A stretch of DNA of 64,000 bases from Centroscyllium fabricii (Eukaryota), in the NCBI GenBank assembly GCA_051313645.2, contig JBNRSN020000018.1:16058001-16122000 (forward strand). The letters are read 5' to 3'. Numbering within the stretch: the first letter of the stretch is position 1; every line of letters begins with the position of its first letter. The translations under genes and the position numbers were made by a program. Below, in pieces: positions 1 through 10,230 of this stretch. The notes below the pieces were generated by a model, which worked only from the letters and a program-made list of their open reading frames with translations, searched no databases and was not told the DNA's origin.

Positions 1-22
1 TAGACATATAATGGTTACTACA
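1..22 (-). repeat. First 22 nt of the 3' LTR of element A (remainder outside the window)
   Basis: Exact match to 4472-4493; reads TGTAGTAACC... on the minus strand directly after the PPT. Confidence 0.9.
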
Positions 23-35
23 TTCACCCCTTCTT
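23..35 (-). promoter_or_regulatory. Polypurine tract (PPT) of element A
   Basis: Minus strand AAGAAGGGGTGAA immediately precedes the TG of the 3' LTR. Confidence 0.85.
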
Positions 36-69
36 AAAAACTTTGAGTCCGGGGGGGGTGAATGGGTAG

Positions 70-605
70 AACAGTTAACAATAAGTCTGTCCGGCGGTCG
101 TGTCTGCCTGGAGGACCGCCGGAGCTCCGGTGTTGGTGGTGGTGCCTCCTGGGTCGAATAGCCCGCATCTGCCGGCGATGCGACTTCAGGTGGCGCTGGG
201 CTTGACTGGTCCCCGTCGTCTGGGTCGTATTCGGGAAAATTCAGGGGCCATCGTGCGTCTGGTGGGTGGTCGGCCTGCTGGCCGGCAGGGGGCGCTGCGG
301 TGGTGCTTCCTGCGGGAGCCAGGTCCCTGATGGACACGGTGTCCTCACGCCCGTCTGGGAACTGCACGAAGGCGTAGTGCGGGTTCGCATGGAGGAGCAG
401 TACCTTGTCCACCAGGGGGTCTGTCTTGTGGCTCCGGACGTGCCTCCTAAGCAAAACCGGTCCTGGCGTCGTCAGCCATGGTAGGAAGAGCTGTCCCCGA
501 AGTCGACCTCCTGTTAAAAGAGAAAATCAGATCGTGCGGGGTGGCGTTAGTGGCAGTACATAACAGAGAGCGTATAGAGTGCAGCGCGTCTGGGAGGACT
601 GCCTG
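70..605 (-). pseudogene. Integrase C-terminal part of element A (after a nonsense codon; one frameshift near 480; end coordinate approximate)
   Basis: The in-frame continuation after TGA at 606-608 reads QAVLPDALHSIRSLLCTATNATPHDLIF. After a 1-nt shift near 480 it reads WLTTPGPVLLRRHVRSHKTDPLVDKVLLLHANPHYAFVQFPDGREDTVSIRDLAP, and an RPPDRL-type terminal motif occurs near 85-100. Confidence 0.8.
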
Positions 606-2651
606 TCAATGGGACACTGGAAGGCCTCTGGACTTGAGAGCCAGGGTGACCGCCTTCCAGATGATCCCATTCTCCCTTTCTACCTGGCCATTCCCCCGGG
701 GGTTGTAACTGGTCATTCTGCTCGTGGCAACCCCTCTCTGGAGCAGAAACTGGCGCAGTTCATCGCTTATGAACGATGACCCCCGGTCGCTATGGATGTA
801 GCTGGGGAGACCGAAAATGGCGAACAGCCTGGTGAAGTGTTTGATCACCGTGGCGCTCGTCATGTCTGGGCAGGGGAAGGCGAAGGGGAAGCGGGAGAAC
901 TCATCCACTACCGTGAGGAAGTATGAGTTGCGGTCGGTGGTGGGGAGGGGGCCTTTGAAGTCCACGCTGAGACGTTCAAAGGGGCGGGTGGCCTTAATGA
1001 GGTGCGCCGTGTCTGGCCGGAAAAAGTGCGGTTTGCACTCGGCGCAGACAGGGCACTCTCGGGTCATAGCCTTGATCTCCGTGATGGAGTAGGGGAGGCT
1101 ACGGGATTTAACGAAGTGGGCGAGTCTGGTGACACCCGGGTGGCAAAGGCGGTCGTGGAGGTCCTTCAGCCGGTCTAGCTGGGCACTGGCGCACGGTCCC
1201 CTGGACAGTGCGTCCGGGGGATCATTGAGTTTGCCTGGTCGGTAAAGAATGTCGTACTCGTAAGTAGAGAGTTCGATCCGCCACCGCAGGATCTTATCAT
1301 TCTTGATTTTACCCCGTAGTTTATTGTTAAACATAAACGCCACCGACCGTTGGTCGGTGAGCAGGGTAAAACGCTTACCGGCCAGGTAATGACGCCAGTA
1401 GCGCACGGCCTCCACGATGGCCTGAGCCTCCTTTTCCACTGCTGAGTGGCGAGGCTCGGGTCCCTGTAGGGTGCGGGAGAAAAACGCTACGGGCCTGCCT
1501 GCCTGATTCAGCGTGGCAGCAAGAGCAAAGTCCGAAGCGTCACTCTCCACCTGGAAAGGGATGGATTCATCAACAGCGAGCATGGTCGCCTTGATAATGT
1601 CTTCCTTTATCCTTACAAATGCCGTTTGGGCTTCTACAGAAAGGGGGAAGGCGGCAGCCTTGAGGAGCGGTCTAGCCTTATCTGCGAACTGTGGGACCCA
1701 TTGTGCATAATAGGAGAAAAAACCTAGGCATCTCCTCAAGGCTTTGGGGTTGTGAGGTAGGGGCAGTTCTTGCAGGGGTCGCATACGCTGTGGGTCGGGG
1801 CCGAGGAGCCCGTTTTCCACCAGGTATCCGAGGATGGCGAGCCGGGTTGTATTACAGACATATTTGTCTTTGTTATACGTAAGGTCTAGCTTGTCCGCCG
1901 TGGCGAGGAATTTGGACAGATTGGCATCGTGGTCCTGCTGGTCGTGGCCGCAGATGGTCACGTTGTCCAGGTAAGGGAAAGTGGCCTGCAAGTCATTTTG
2001 GTCAACCATACGGTCCATCTCCCGCTGGAACACAGACACAGTCACGCCAAAGGGGACCCGGAGGAAGTGGTAGAGCCGACCGTTCGCCTCGAAGGCGGTG
2101 TAGGGGCGGTCGGCTTTCCGAATCGGGAGCTGATGATACGCTGATTTAAGGTCGATCGTAGAGAACACCTTGTACTGGGCGATCTGATTGACCATGTATG
2201 AGATGCGGGGAAGGGGGTAGGCGTCGAGCCCGGTGTAGCGGTTGATAGTCTGGCTGTAATCGATCACCAGCCGTTGCTTCTCGCCAGACTTCACCACTAC
2301 AACTTGGGCGCGCCAGGGGCTGGTGCTGGCTTCAATTATCCCCTCCTTTAGCATACGCCCGACCTCCGACCTGATAAACGTGCGATCCCCCTCACTGTAC
2401 CGCCGACTCTTAGTGGCAATGGGTTTGCACTTCGGATCGAGGTTGGCGAACAGCGAGGGGGGGTCGATTTTTAGGGTGGAGAGGCCGCAGGCCGGGCTCC
2501 GCTTTGGGGGGAGATTGTCCCGGCTACTGAGGGTGAGGGGGGGCAAGGTCCCGCCGAACTCCATTGTCACACTCCTGAAGTGGCACTGGAAATCAAAACC
2601 TAGTAAGGCTGGGGCACACAACTGTTGGTGGGTATACAATTTAAAATTACG
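606..2651 (-). pseudogene. pol: Pol of element A: reverse transcriptase, RNase H, integrase zinc finger and core
   Basis: ORF 606..2639 contains RT motifs (SPWRAQVVVV, RLVIDY, DLKSAYHQL, PFG, YLDN), RNase H (VESDASDFALAA, EKEAQAI, TDQRS) and integrase (H-x3-CHPG...CPVC, SVDFKGP, HSDRGSSF, NGQVER). It is bounded by in-frame stops at 2652-2654 (TAA) and 606-608 (TGA, where Trp is expected). Confidence 0.93.
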
Positions 2652-3155
2652 TTACACGCGCCCCTTGACGGTGAGCGTGACGGAGCAGTAGCCGGTAACG
2701 TCCGCGGTGTGGGACTGTGAAGCTAGGGAGACTTGGTAGTTGGTGGGCAGGACCTGCAGTCCGCAGCGCCGCACTGTATCGGGGTGAACGAAACTCTCAG
2801 TGCTGCCTGTGTCGAAAAGGCAGTCGACAGTGTGATTGTTAATGGCAATCGGCATTATCGAATTAGACAGGGTATGGGGCTTGCCCTGGCTAACCCTGAT
2901 TCTGGCTGTTGCAGCCCCTGCTGATCGGGGCTGAGCACAAGATGGCGGTGCCCCTGGCTCGCACATGGAGGGGCCCTGGATACAAGATGGCGTCGCCCCT
3001 GGCCCGCACCTGGTGGAGCCCCGTAGACAAGATGGCGTCGCCCCTGGCTCGCACATGGAGGGGCCCTGGATACAAGATGGCGGCGCCCCTGGCTCGCACG
3101 TGGAGGGGCCCTGGATACAAAATGGCGTTGCCGAGGGGACGCACGTGATGGGGCC
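2652..3155 (-). pseudogene. Gag-pol linker and aspartic protease of element A
   Basis: Protease active-site motif CLFDTGSTESF; in frame with both gag (across TAG 3156-3158) and RT (across TAA 2652-2654). Confidence 0.88.
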
Positions 3156-3250
3156 CTATGAACGCACTGGCGGCGCCCGTGATTCGCACACAGCGGGCCG
3201 CGCTGGTCGAGTTGGCGGTGCCCGTGATTCGCACGCAGCCGGCCGCGTTG
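2938..3250. repeat. 45-bp coding minisatellite, about 7 units, in the gag-protease linker
   Basis: TGGCG recurs at 2943, 2988, 3033, 3078, 3123, 3168 and 3213 (period 45); encodes 15-aa units such as CEPGAPPSCIQGPST. Confidence 0.9.
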
Positions 3251-4178
3251 GGGGGTCGCGCTTGGCCGGCCGTTTCTGCATCGGGATGGGGGATGCGGGC
3301 GCTTGTTGTTTACCCCCGTACCGTCGCTGGATCGCGCTGCTATTGCAGCTTACCTGGTGTCTGTTGGTGCTCTCACAGGCTGCACTGTTGTACCTTGAGT
3401 TGGGAGCTGCTGAGGCTGATTTGCAGGCTTTAGCGTAGTGTCCCTTCTTCGCACATTTGTCGCAGGTCGCTGTTCTGGCTGGGCATTTCGCTCTAGGGTG
3501 CAGTCCCTGGCTGCAGAAGTAGCAGCGCTTGTTTTTAGTGTCCTTAGTGGCCATCGCGGCCATCGTGGGGGCCTCGGCCCGTGGCACCCAGGCCTGGGCC
3601 TGTTGTGGCGCGGCCCATATGTTGTAGGCTTGCGGGTCAGTGCCGCTATACGCCTGTAACTTGCCTCGGGCCCCCTCTACCGATCTGGCTATCTTAGTCG
3701 CCTCGTTGAGGGATACATTGTCTCTCTCTAGCAGCCGCTGGCGGGCTTCTCCACACCTCAGGCCTGTAACATAAGCGTCCCGAACGAGGAGTTCTTCCTC
3801 CTCTGCAATCGTTGTGCCTTTGCAGCCACAGGCCCGTACCAGGGCCAGGAGCGCTTGCTCGAACTCCTCATTTGACTCACCCGGTAACTGGGGTCTGGTC
3901 GCCAGCACGTGTCGGGCGTAGACTGAGTGGACCGGGCGCTCGTAACATTTCGTCAGGATTTCGATAGTCGCTACGTAGGTTGAAGCGTTCCTGACGAGGG
4001 TGAAGACTCTGCTGGAGATCCTTGATCGTAGGACATGCAGTTTGTCCTTGTCTGTTGTAGCCTTGGCGGCGTCCATGTAGGCCTCCAGAAGGCCGAACCA
4101 GTGTTCGTAGGTAGTGGGAGCAGCAGGGTCCTGGGGGCTGATGTCCAGCTTCTCCGGTTTAACTGTGCTGCTCTCCAT
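3156..4178 (-). CDS. gag: Gag of element A (open frame, 340 aa)
   Basis: Starts 27 nt after the 5' LTR; retrotransposon gag-like motifs (ARHVLATRPQLPGES, LVRDAYVTGL) and two knuckles, CYFCSQGLHPRAKC and CDKCAKKGHYAKAC. Confidence 0.88.
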   Translation of the reverse strand: MESSTVKPEKLDISPQDPAAPTTYEHWFGLLEAYMDAAKATTDKDKLHVLRSRISSRVFTLVRNASTYVATIEILTKCYERPVHSVYARHVLATRPQLPGESNEEFEQALLALVRACGCKGTTIAEEEELLVRDAYVTGLRCGEARQRLLERDNVSLNEATKIARSVEGARGKLQAYSGTDPQAYNIWAAPQQAQAWVPRAEAPTMAAMATKDTKNKRCYFCSQGLHPRAKCPARTATCDKCAKKGHYAKACKSASAAPNSRYNSAACESTNRHQVSCNSSAIQRRYGGKQQAPASPIPMQKRPAKRDPPTRPAACESRAPPTRPARPAVCESRAPPVRS

Positions 4179-4189
4179 TATTAAAAATA

Positions 4190-4203
4190 TTTAGCAATTA
4201 AAA
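4190..4203 (-). promoter_or_regulatory. Non-canonical primer-binding-site region of element A (self-complementary to the LTR)
   Basis: TTTTAATTGCTAAA lies one base after the LTR-terminal CA, lacks the TGG expected for tRNA priming, and is the exact reverse complement of 4265-4278. Confidence 0.6.
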
Positions 4204-4204
4204 T

Positions 4205-4493
4205 TGACGTATCGTCAGTAACTTCAATTAAAAGAGACTACGAGTAGTTGCCGAAACTAAAGGCTTTTAATTGCTAAAGAATGGAGCTACTCTCCAGACG
4301 AACTACTGTACAGGAATGAAGGAGCCTTGGTCAGACCTCACCTATAACGGGCCTCACCTGGGGGAGGAGTTAGGGGTGTGGCTGACCTGGCTCCCAACAG
4401 AATCACAGAATACTGGGCTGTGCCTAACATCTGCACAGCCTGTCATTAGCCATAATGGTACACAGGAATAGTAGACATATAATGGTTACTACA
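4205..4493 (-). repeat. 5' LTR of element A (~289 bp)
   Basis: Minus strand TGTAGTAACC...GATACGTCA, with an ATTAAA poly(A) signal at 4266-4271. The outer boundary is fixed by the abrupt switch to element B coding sequence at 4494; the inner boundary is inferred from the CA terminus. Confidence 0.8.
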
Positions 4494-6036
4494 CTACTCG
4501 CTCTCTACCTTGCAGTGCACCACTTCCGCTTCCTCTTAGAGGGCCGCCACTTTACAGCCTTCATGGATCACAAGCCACTCGTGTCAGCAATGGCTACGAT
4601 CTCCGAACCCTGGTCGGCCAGGCAGCAGCGCCAGCTCGCGGCTGTGTCGGAGTTTACCACCGACATACAGCACATCGCCGGCCGCGACAACGTGGTCGCT
4701 GACTGCCTGTCACGCCCCACCATCAACTCCGTACAAACGGCCGTCGACTACGCCAAAATGGCGGCCGACCAACTGACCGACCCCGATCTGCTCGACCCAG
4801 CTACCAACATCCCCGGCCTTCTCTTGGCCACCGTAGCACACGGGCCCACAGCCACGGCGGTCCGCTGCGACGTCTCCCTCCCGCAGCCCAGACCCGTCGT
4901 CCCCCACGCATGGAGGCGACACATCTTCCAGACCCTCCATGACCTGTCCCACCCCGGTGTCCGCGCATCCACAAAGCTGATCTCTGCGCGATTCATTTGG
5001 CGCGGCCTGCGCAAGGATGTCCGCGCCTGGACCAACACCTGCAATGCCTGCCAGCGCGCCAAGATGCACAAGCACATCAAGGCACCAGTGGAAACGATCG
5101 CCATCCCAGCTAGACGCTTCAGCCACGTCCACATCGACCTGGTCGGACCACTACCACAATCACGGGGACATACACGTCATGACCATGGTCGACCGCAGCA
5201 CCCGCAGGCCAGAAGCGGTCCCCCTCACCGCTACCACCACTGCGGACCTGGTCAGGGCCTTCATTGCCACCTGGGTCACACGTTTCGGCGTCCCCACCGA
5301 CATCACATCAGACAGGGGCCCCCAATTTACCTCAACCCTATGGGCAACCATCGCCCATGACCTCGGGGCAACCCTGCACCGAACCACCACCTACCACCCA
5401 CAGGCCAATGGCCTCTGCGAACGGTTCCACTGCTCCATCAAAGCTTCCTTGCGGGCCAGCCTCAAAGACGCGACCTGGACCGACCGCCTGCCCTGGGTAA
5501 TGCTCGGCCTGCGTTCAGCGGCTAAGGAAGACCTGCACGCCTCAGCGGCGGAACTTGTCTATGGACAACCCCTAACCGTACCAGGCGAGTTCGTCGCAGA
5601 AACCAACGCCCCCTGGTCAGCCGACCGCTGCCTCAAAGACTTCAATAACCAGGCAGCGGCGTTCAAACCACTCCCGGTGGCCCGGCATGGAGAGCCGGCA
5701 GCACGTGTTCCAGACGGCATCGAAAATGCCAAGTATGTGTTTGTCCGCCACGACGCACATCGAACACCACTACAGCCACCGTACGACGGACCGTACAGAG
5801 TTCTTCGGGCGGGACCTAAAACGTTCCAGATTAAAATGGGCAACAGAGCTGAGACTGTCTCAATCGACCGGCTCAAACCGGCACATGTAATGGCGGGTGA
5901 GACAACAGTCCCCGCACAGCCACCAAAGCGCGGACGCCCTACCGCACCAAAGCCCGCCCACACTCCAACGCAGAACAAGGAGCAGCGCACGACACGTGCT
6001 GGCCGCATCATCAGGCCACCTCAACGCCTCGCCTGA
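4494..6036 (+). pseudogene. pol: Pol fragment of element B (RNase H end + integrase), frameshift near 5170
   Basis: The first frame gives LLALYLAVHHFRF...DHKPL...NVVADCLSR, HDLSHPG...CNAC and HIDLVGPLP. A different frame continues MVDRSTRRPEA, SDRGPQF, YHPQANGLCER and the GPY/F module LQPPYDGPYRV, ending at TGA 6034-6036. Confidence 0.92.
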
Positions 6037-6089
6037 GACTACACGGGCGGGCCGCACCATCAGGCCACCTCAACACCTCGCCTGAGACT
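5992..6089 (+). repeat. 49-bp tandem duplication spanning the integrase stop codon
   Basis: 5992-6040 and 6041-6089 (ACACG.GC.GGCCGCA.CATCAGGCCACCTCAAC.CCTCGCCTGAGACT), four mismatches. Confidence 0.9.
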
Positions 6090-6170
6090 CAACTTTTATG
6101 CTCCATTTTTTTATTTTACTTTATGCTCCTTTCTACTTTAGCTTAAACTTCGCTCTCCCTCACAGATTCT

Positions 6171-6180
6171 GGGGGGGAGC
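6171..6180 (+). promoter_or_regulatory. Polypurine tract of element B
   Basis: GGGGGGGAG immediately before the LTR start. Confidence 0.85.
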
Positions 6181-6182
6181 TG

Positions 6183-6436
6183 TGTGGCGACACGCCCACC
6201 AGGACCATCGAATCCGCCTCGGGAGTACTGCGAGACGGCCCCGCCCGCCGAGCGGCGTGATGACGTCGCCAGGTGGACACCCGGCAGTGACATCACCAAC
6301 CGCGGGTCCTTTAAATACCTTGGTTCCAGGTGGCTCAGTCTCTTTCGCTACCTGGCCATAGCTGAGTTAATATTAAATGATTGTTTTCCGAACCTTCTGT
6401 GTCCAGCATGGTTCTTCAGGCCTGCATGCCTCTACA
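6183..6436 (+). repeat. 3' LTR of element B (~254 bp)
   Basis: TGTGGCG...CTCTACA termini, TATA-like TTTAAATA at 6310-6317 and ATTAAA at 6372-6377; abuts the satellite. The start could alternatively be 6181. Confidence 0.8.
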
Positions 6437-9400
6437 GTGTAATGAGTGTGTGTAATGAGTGTGTGTAATGACTGTGTGTAACGACTGTGTGTAATGACTG
6501 TGCATAATGACTGTACATAATGACTGTGTGTAATGACTGAGTAATGAATGTGTGTAATAAGTGAGTGTAATGATTGTGAGTAATGACTGTGCGTAATGAC
6601 CGTATGTAATGACTGTGAGTAACGACTGTGAGTAATGACTGTGAGTAACGACTGTGAGTAATGATTGTGCATACCGACTGTGAGTAATGACTGAGTAACA
6701 ACTGTGCGTAATAACTGTGCATAACAACTGCGCAAAATGAGTGTGCATATTGATTGTGTGTAATGACTGTGTGTAACGACTGTGAGTAACAATTGTGTGT
6801 AATGACTTTGTGTAATGACTGTGCATGATGACTGTGCATAACGACTGTGAATAACGATTGTGTGTAATGACTGTGTGTATTGACTGTGAGTAATAACTGT
6901 GCAACACGACTATGTGTAATGACTGTGCATAATGACTGGAGAAACAACTGTGTTTAGCGACTGTGTGTAATGACTATGTGTAATAACCGTGTGTAATGAT
7001 TGCATAATGACTGTGTGTAATAACTGTGTGTAATGACTGTATGTACTGACTGTGTGTAACGAGTGTGTGTAAAGACTGTGAGTAATGACTGTGTTTAGTG
7101 ACTGTGTAATGAGTATGTGTAATGACTTTATGTAACAAATGTGTGTAATGAGTGTGTGTAACAACTGTGTAATGACTGTTCGTAATGACTGTGAGTAAAG
7201 AATGTGTGTAATAAGTGTGTGTAATGATTGTGAGTAATGACTGTGCCTAACAACTGTGAGTAATGACTGTGTGTAATGATTGTGAGTGACGACTGTGAGT
7301 AATGACTGTGACTAATGACTGTGAGTAATGATTGTGTGTACCGACTGTGAGTAATGACTGTGAGTAATGACTGTGCGTAATAAATATGGGTAATGCCTGT
7401 GAGTAATGACTGTGTGTACCAACTGTGCATAACAACTGTGCATAATGAGTATGCATAACAATTGTGTGTAACAACTGTGTGTAACGACTGTGAGTAATGA
7501 TTGTGTGTAACGACTTTGTGTCGTGACTGTGCATGACGAGTGTACATAACGACTGTGAATAACAATTGTGTGTAATGACTGCATATTAACTGTGAGTAAC
7601 AACTGTCAACGCAACTATGTATAATGACTGTGCATAACGACTGGAGTAACGATTGTGTTTAATGACTGTGTGTAATAACTGTGTGTAATGACTGCGTAAT
7701 GACTGTGTGTAATAACTGTGTGCAATGACTGTGTGCAATGACTGTGTGTAACGATTGTGCATAATGACTGTGCATAATGACTGAGTAACGACTGTGCGTA
7801 ATGACTGTGAGTAATAATTGTGTGTAACAACTTTGTGTAATGACTGTGCATGATGACTGTGCATAACGACTGTGAATAATGATTGTGTGTAATGACTGTG
7901 TGTAATGACTGTGCGTAATGACTGTGTGTAATGATTGTGTAATGACTGTGGGTAACGACTGTGTGTAACGACTGTGTGTATTGACTGTGCATAATAACTG
8001 TGCATAACGACTGTGTAATGACTGTGGGTAATGACTGTGAGTAATGTCTGTGTAACAAATGTGTGTAATGAATGTGAGTAATGATGGTGTGTAATGATTG
8101 TGAGTAATGACTGTGTGTAATGAATGTGTGTAACGAATGTGCATAACAACTGTGAGTAATGACTGTGACTAACGATTGTGTGTAATGACTGTGCATAATG
8201 ACTGCGTAACGACTGTGGGTAACGACTGTGTGTAACGACTGTGTGTATTGACTGTGCGTAATGACTGTGCATAACGTCTGTGTAATGACTGTGGGTAATG
8301 ACTGTGAGTAATGTCTGTGATTAACAACTGCGTAACAAATGTGTGTAATGATTATGAGTAATGACTGTGTGTAATGACTGTGAGTAATGATCGTGTGTAA
8401 TGACTGTGCATAATGACTGTACATAATGACTGTGTGTAATGACTGAGTAATGAATGTGTGTAATAAGTGAGTGTAATGATTGTGAGTAATGACTGTGCGT
8501 AATGACCGTATGTAATGACTGTGAGTAACGACTGTGAGTAATGACTGTGAGTAACGACTGTGAGTAATGATTGTGCATACCGACTGTGAGTAATGACTGA
8601 GTAACAACTGTGCGTAATAACTGTGCATAACAACTGCGCAAAATGAGTGTGCATATTGATTGTGTGTAATGACTGTGTGTAACGACTGTGAGTAACAATT
8701 GTGTGTAATGAGTGTGTTTAATGACTGTGAGTAATAACTGTGTTTAGTGACTGTGTAATGTGTGTGTAATGACTGTGTGTAACAAATGTGTGTAATGAGT
8801 GTGTGCAATGACTGTGTTATGACTGTGCGTAACGACTGTGAGTCACAAATGTGTGTAATACATGTGTGTAATGATTGTGAGTAATGACTGTGTGTAATGA
8901 CTGTGAGCAACAACTGTGAGTAATGAATGTGAGAAACTACTTTGTGTAACGGTCATGTGCAATGACTGTGCATAACGACTGTGCATAACAACTGTGTGTA
9001 ATGATTGTGTGTAATGATTGTGCTTAATGATTGTGCATAATGACTGTGCATAACGACTGTGCATAATGATAGTACGTAACAGCTGTGAGTAACGAGTGTG
9101 CGGAATGACTATGCATAACAATTGTGTGGAACGATTGTGTGTAATGCCTGTGCATAATTACTGTGTTTAATGACTGTGCATAATGACTGTGTGTAATGAC
9201 TGTGAGTAATGACTGTATGTAATGACTGTATGTAATGGCTGTGCATAACGAATGTAAGTAACGACTGGGCGTAACAACTGTGTAATGACTGTGCGTAACA
9301 ACTGTGTGTAAAGACTGTGCATAACGAATGTGTGTAATGATTGTGAGTAATGAATGTGTGTAATAAGTGTGTGTAACAATTGTGAGTAATAACTGTGCAT

Positions 9401-10023
9401 AATGACTGTGAGTAATGACTGTGTGTAATGACCTGTGAGTAACGACTGAGTAATGACTGTGAGTAACGACTGTGAGTAACGACTGTGTGTAATAACTGTG
9501 GGTAATGCCTGTGAGTAATGACTGTGTGTACCAACTCTGCAAAACAACTGTGCATAATGAGTGCGTGTAATGATTGTGTGTAATGACTGTGCATAACGAC
9601 TGTGAGTAACGATTGTGTGTAACGACTTTGTGTAATGACTGTGCATGATGACTGTGCATAACAACTGTGAATAACGATTGTGTGTAATGAGTGTATGTAT
9701 TAACTGTGAGTAACAACTGTGCGACACAACTATGTGTAATGACTGGATTAACGACTGTGTTTAATGACTGTGTGTAATGACTGTGTGTAATAACTGCGTG
9801 TAATGACTGCATAATGTCTGTGTGTAATAACTGTGTGCAATGACTGTGTGTAATGAATGTGCATTAAATTGTGTGTAATGACTGTGAGTAATGACTGTGT
9901 TTAGTGACTGTGTAATGAGTGTGTGTAATGAGTGTGTGTAACCACTGCGTGTAATGACTATGCGTAACGACTGTGCATAATGACTGTGTGTAATGACTGT
10001 GAGTGACAAATGTGTGTAATAAG

Positions 10024-10230
10024 TGTGGTAATATTGAATAGACTTCCGGGGAAGGCTAAGGGGTGAACTCTGTATATGTCACTTCCTGTTTTCTATTAGT
10101 ATAAATACTGGAACTGCTCAGTATGGGGGAACGCTTCACCTGGAAGCATGGTAAAACCTGTCTTTGTACATAGTGATAATGTAGTGGATTGCTTTAAGTT
10201 GTTGATGTATCAGACTCCATTATTACATCA
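10024..10230 (+). mobile_element. 207-bp solo-LTR-like insert, copy 1
   Basis: TGTGGTAATA...TATTACATCA imperfect inverted termini; flanked by ATAAG on both sides (10019-10023 and 10231-10235); TATAAATA at 10100-10107. Confidence 0.8.

Larger units (their letters stand above)
1..4493 (-). mobile_element. Ty3/Gypsy LTR retrotransposon A (Mag-like), near full length, decayed; 3' LTR truncated by the window edge
   Basis: Minus-strand order gag (two CCHC knuckles) - protease - RT - RNase H - integrase. Bases 1-22 (TAGACATATAATGGTTACTACA) are identical to 4472-4493, marking the two LTRs. A polypurine tract lies next to the 3' LTR. The clade assignment is an inference from the double zinc knuckle and the single gag-pol frame. 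Confidence 0.95.
4494..6436 (+). mobile_element. Ty3/Gypsy LTR retrotransposon B (CsRn1-like), 3' half, interrupted by element A
   Basis: RNase H C-terminus, integrase, PPT and 3' LTR in order on the plus strand; begins mid-domain at the A junction. The clade is an inference from motif style (LLALYLAVHHFRFLLEGR, HIDLVGPLP). Confidence 0.92.

Noticed and set aside
3156-3158. Programmed gag-pol stop-codon readthrough at TAG
   Set aside because: The equivalent codon in neighbouring 45-bp units is CAG (e.g. 3111-3113), and the element carries other nonsense mutations, so a C>T lesion is simpler. A family consensus would settle it.
100-3659. Short plus-strand ORFs antisense to element A (and minus-strand ORFs antisense to B at 4710-6060)
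   Set aside because: Shadow frames of GC-rich coding sequence with no recognisable domains.
4455-5360. 301-aa ORF as a real gene with its own start
   Set aside because: Chimeric: the N-terminus comes from the antisense LTR of A and the C-terminus is out of frame after the ~5170 frameshift.
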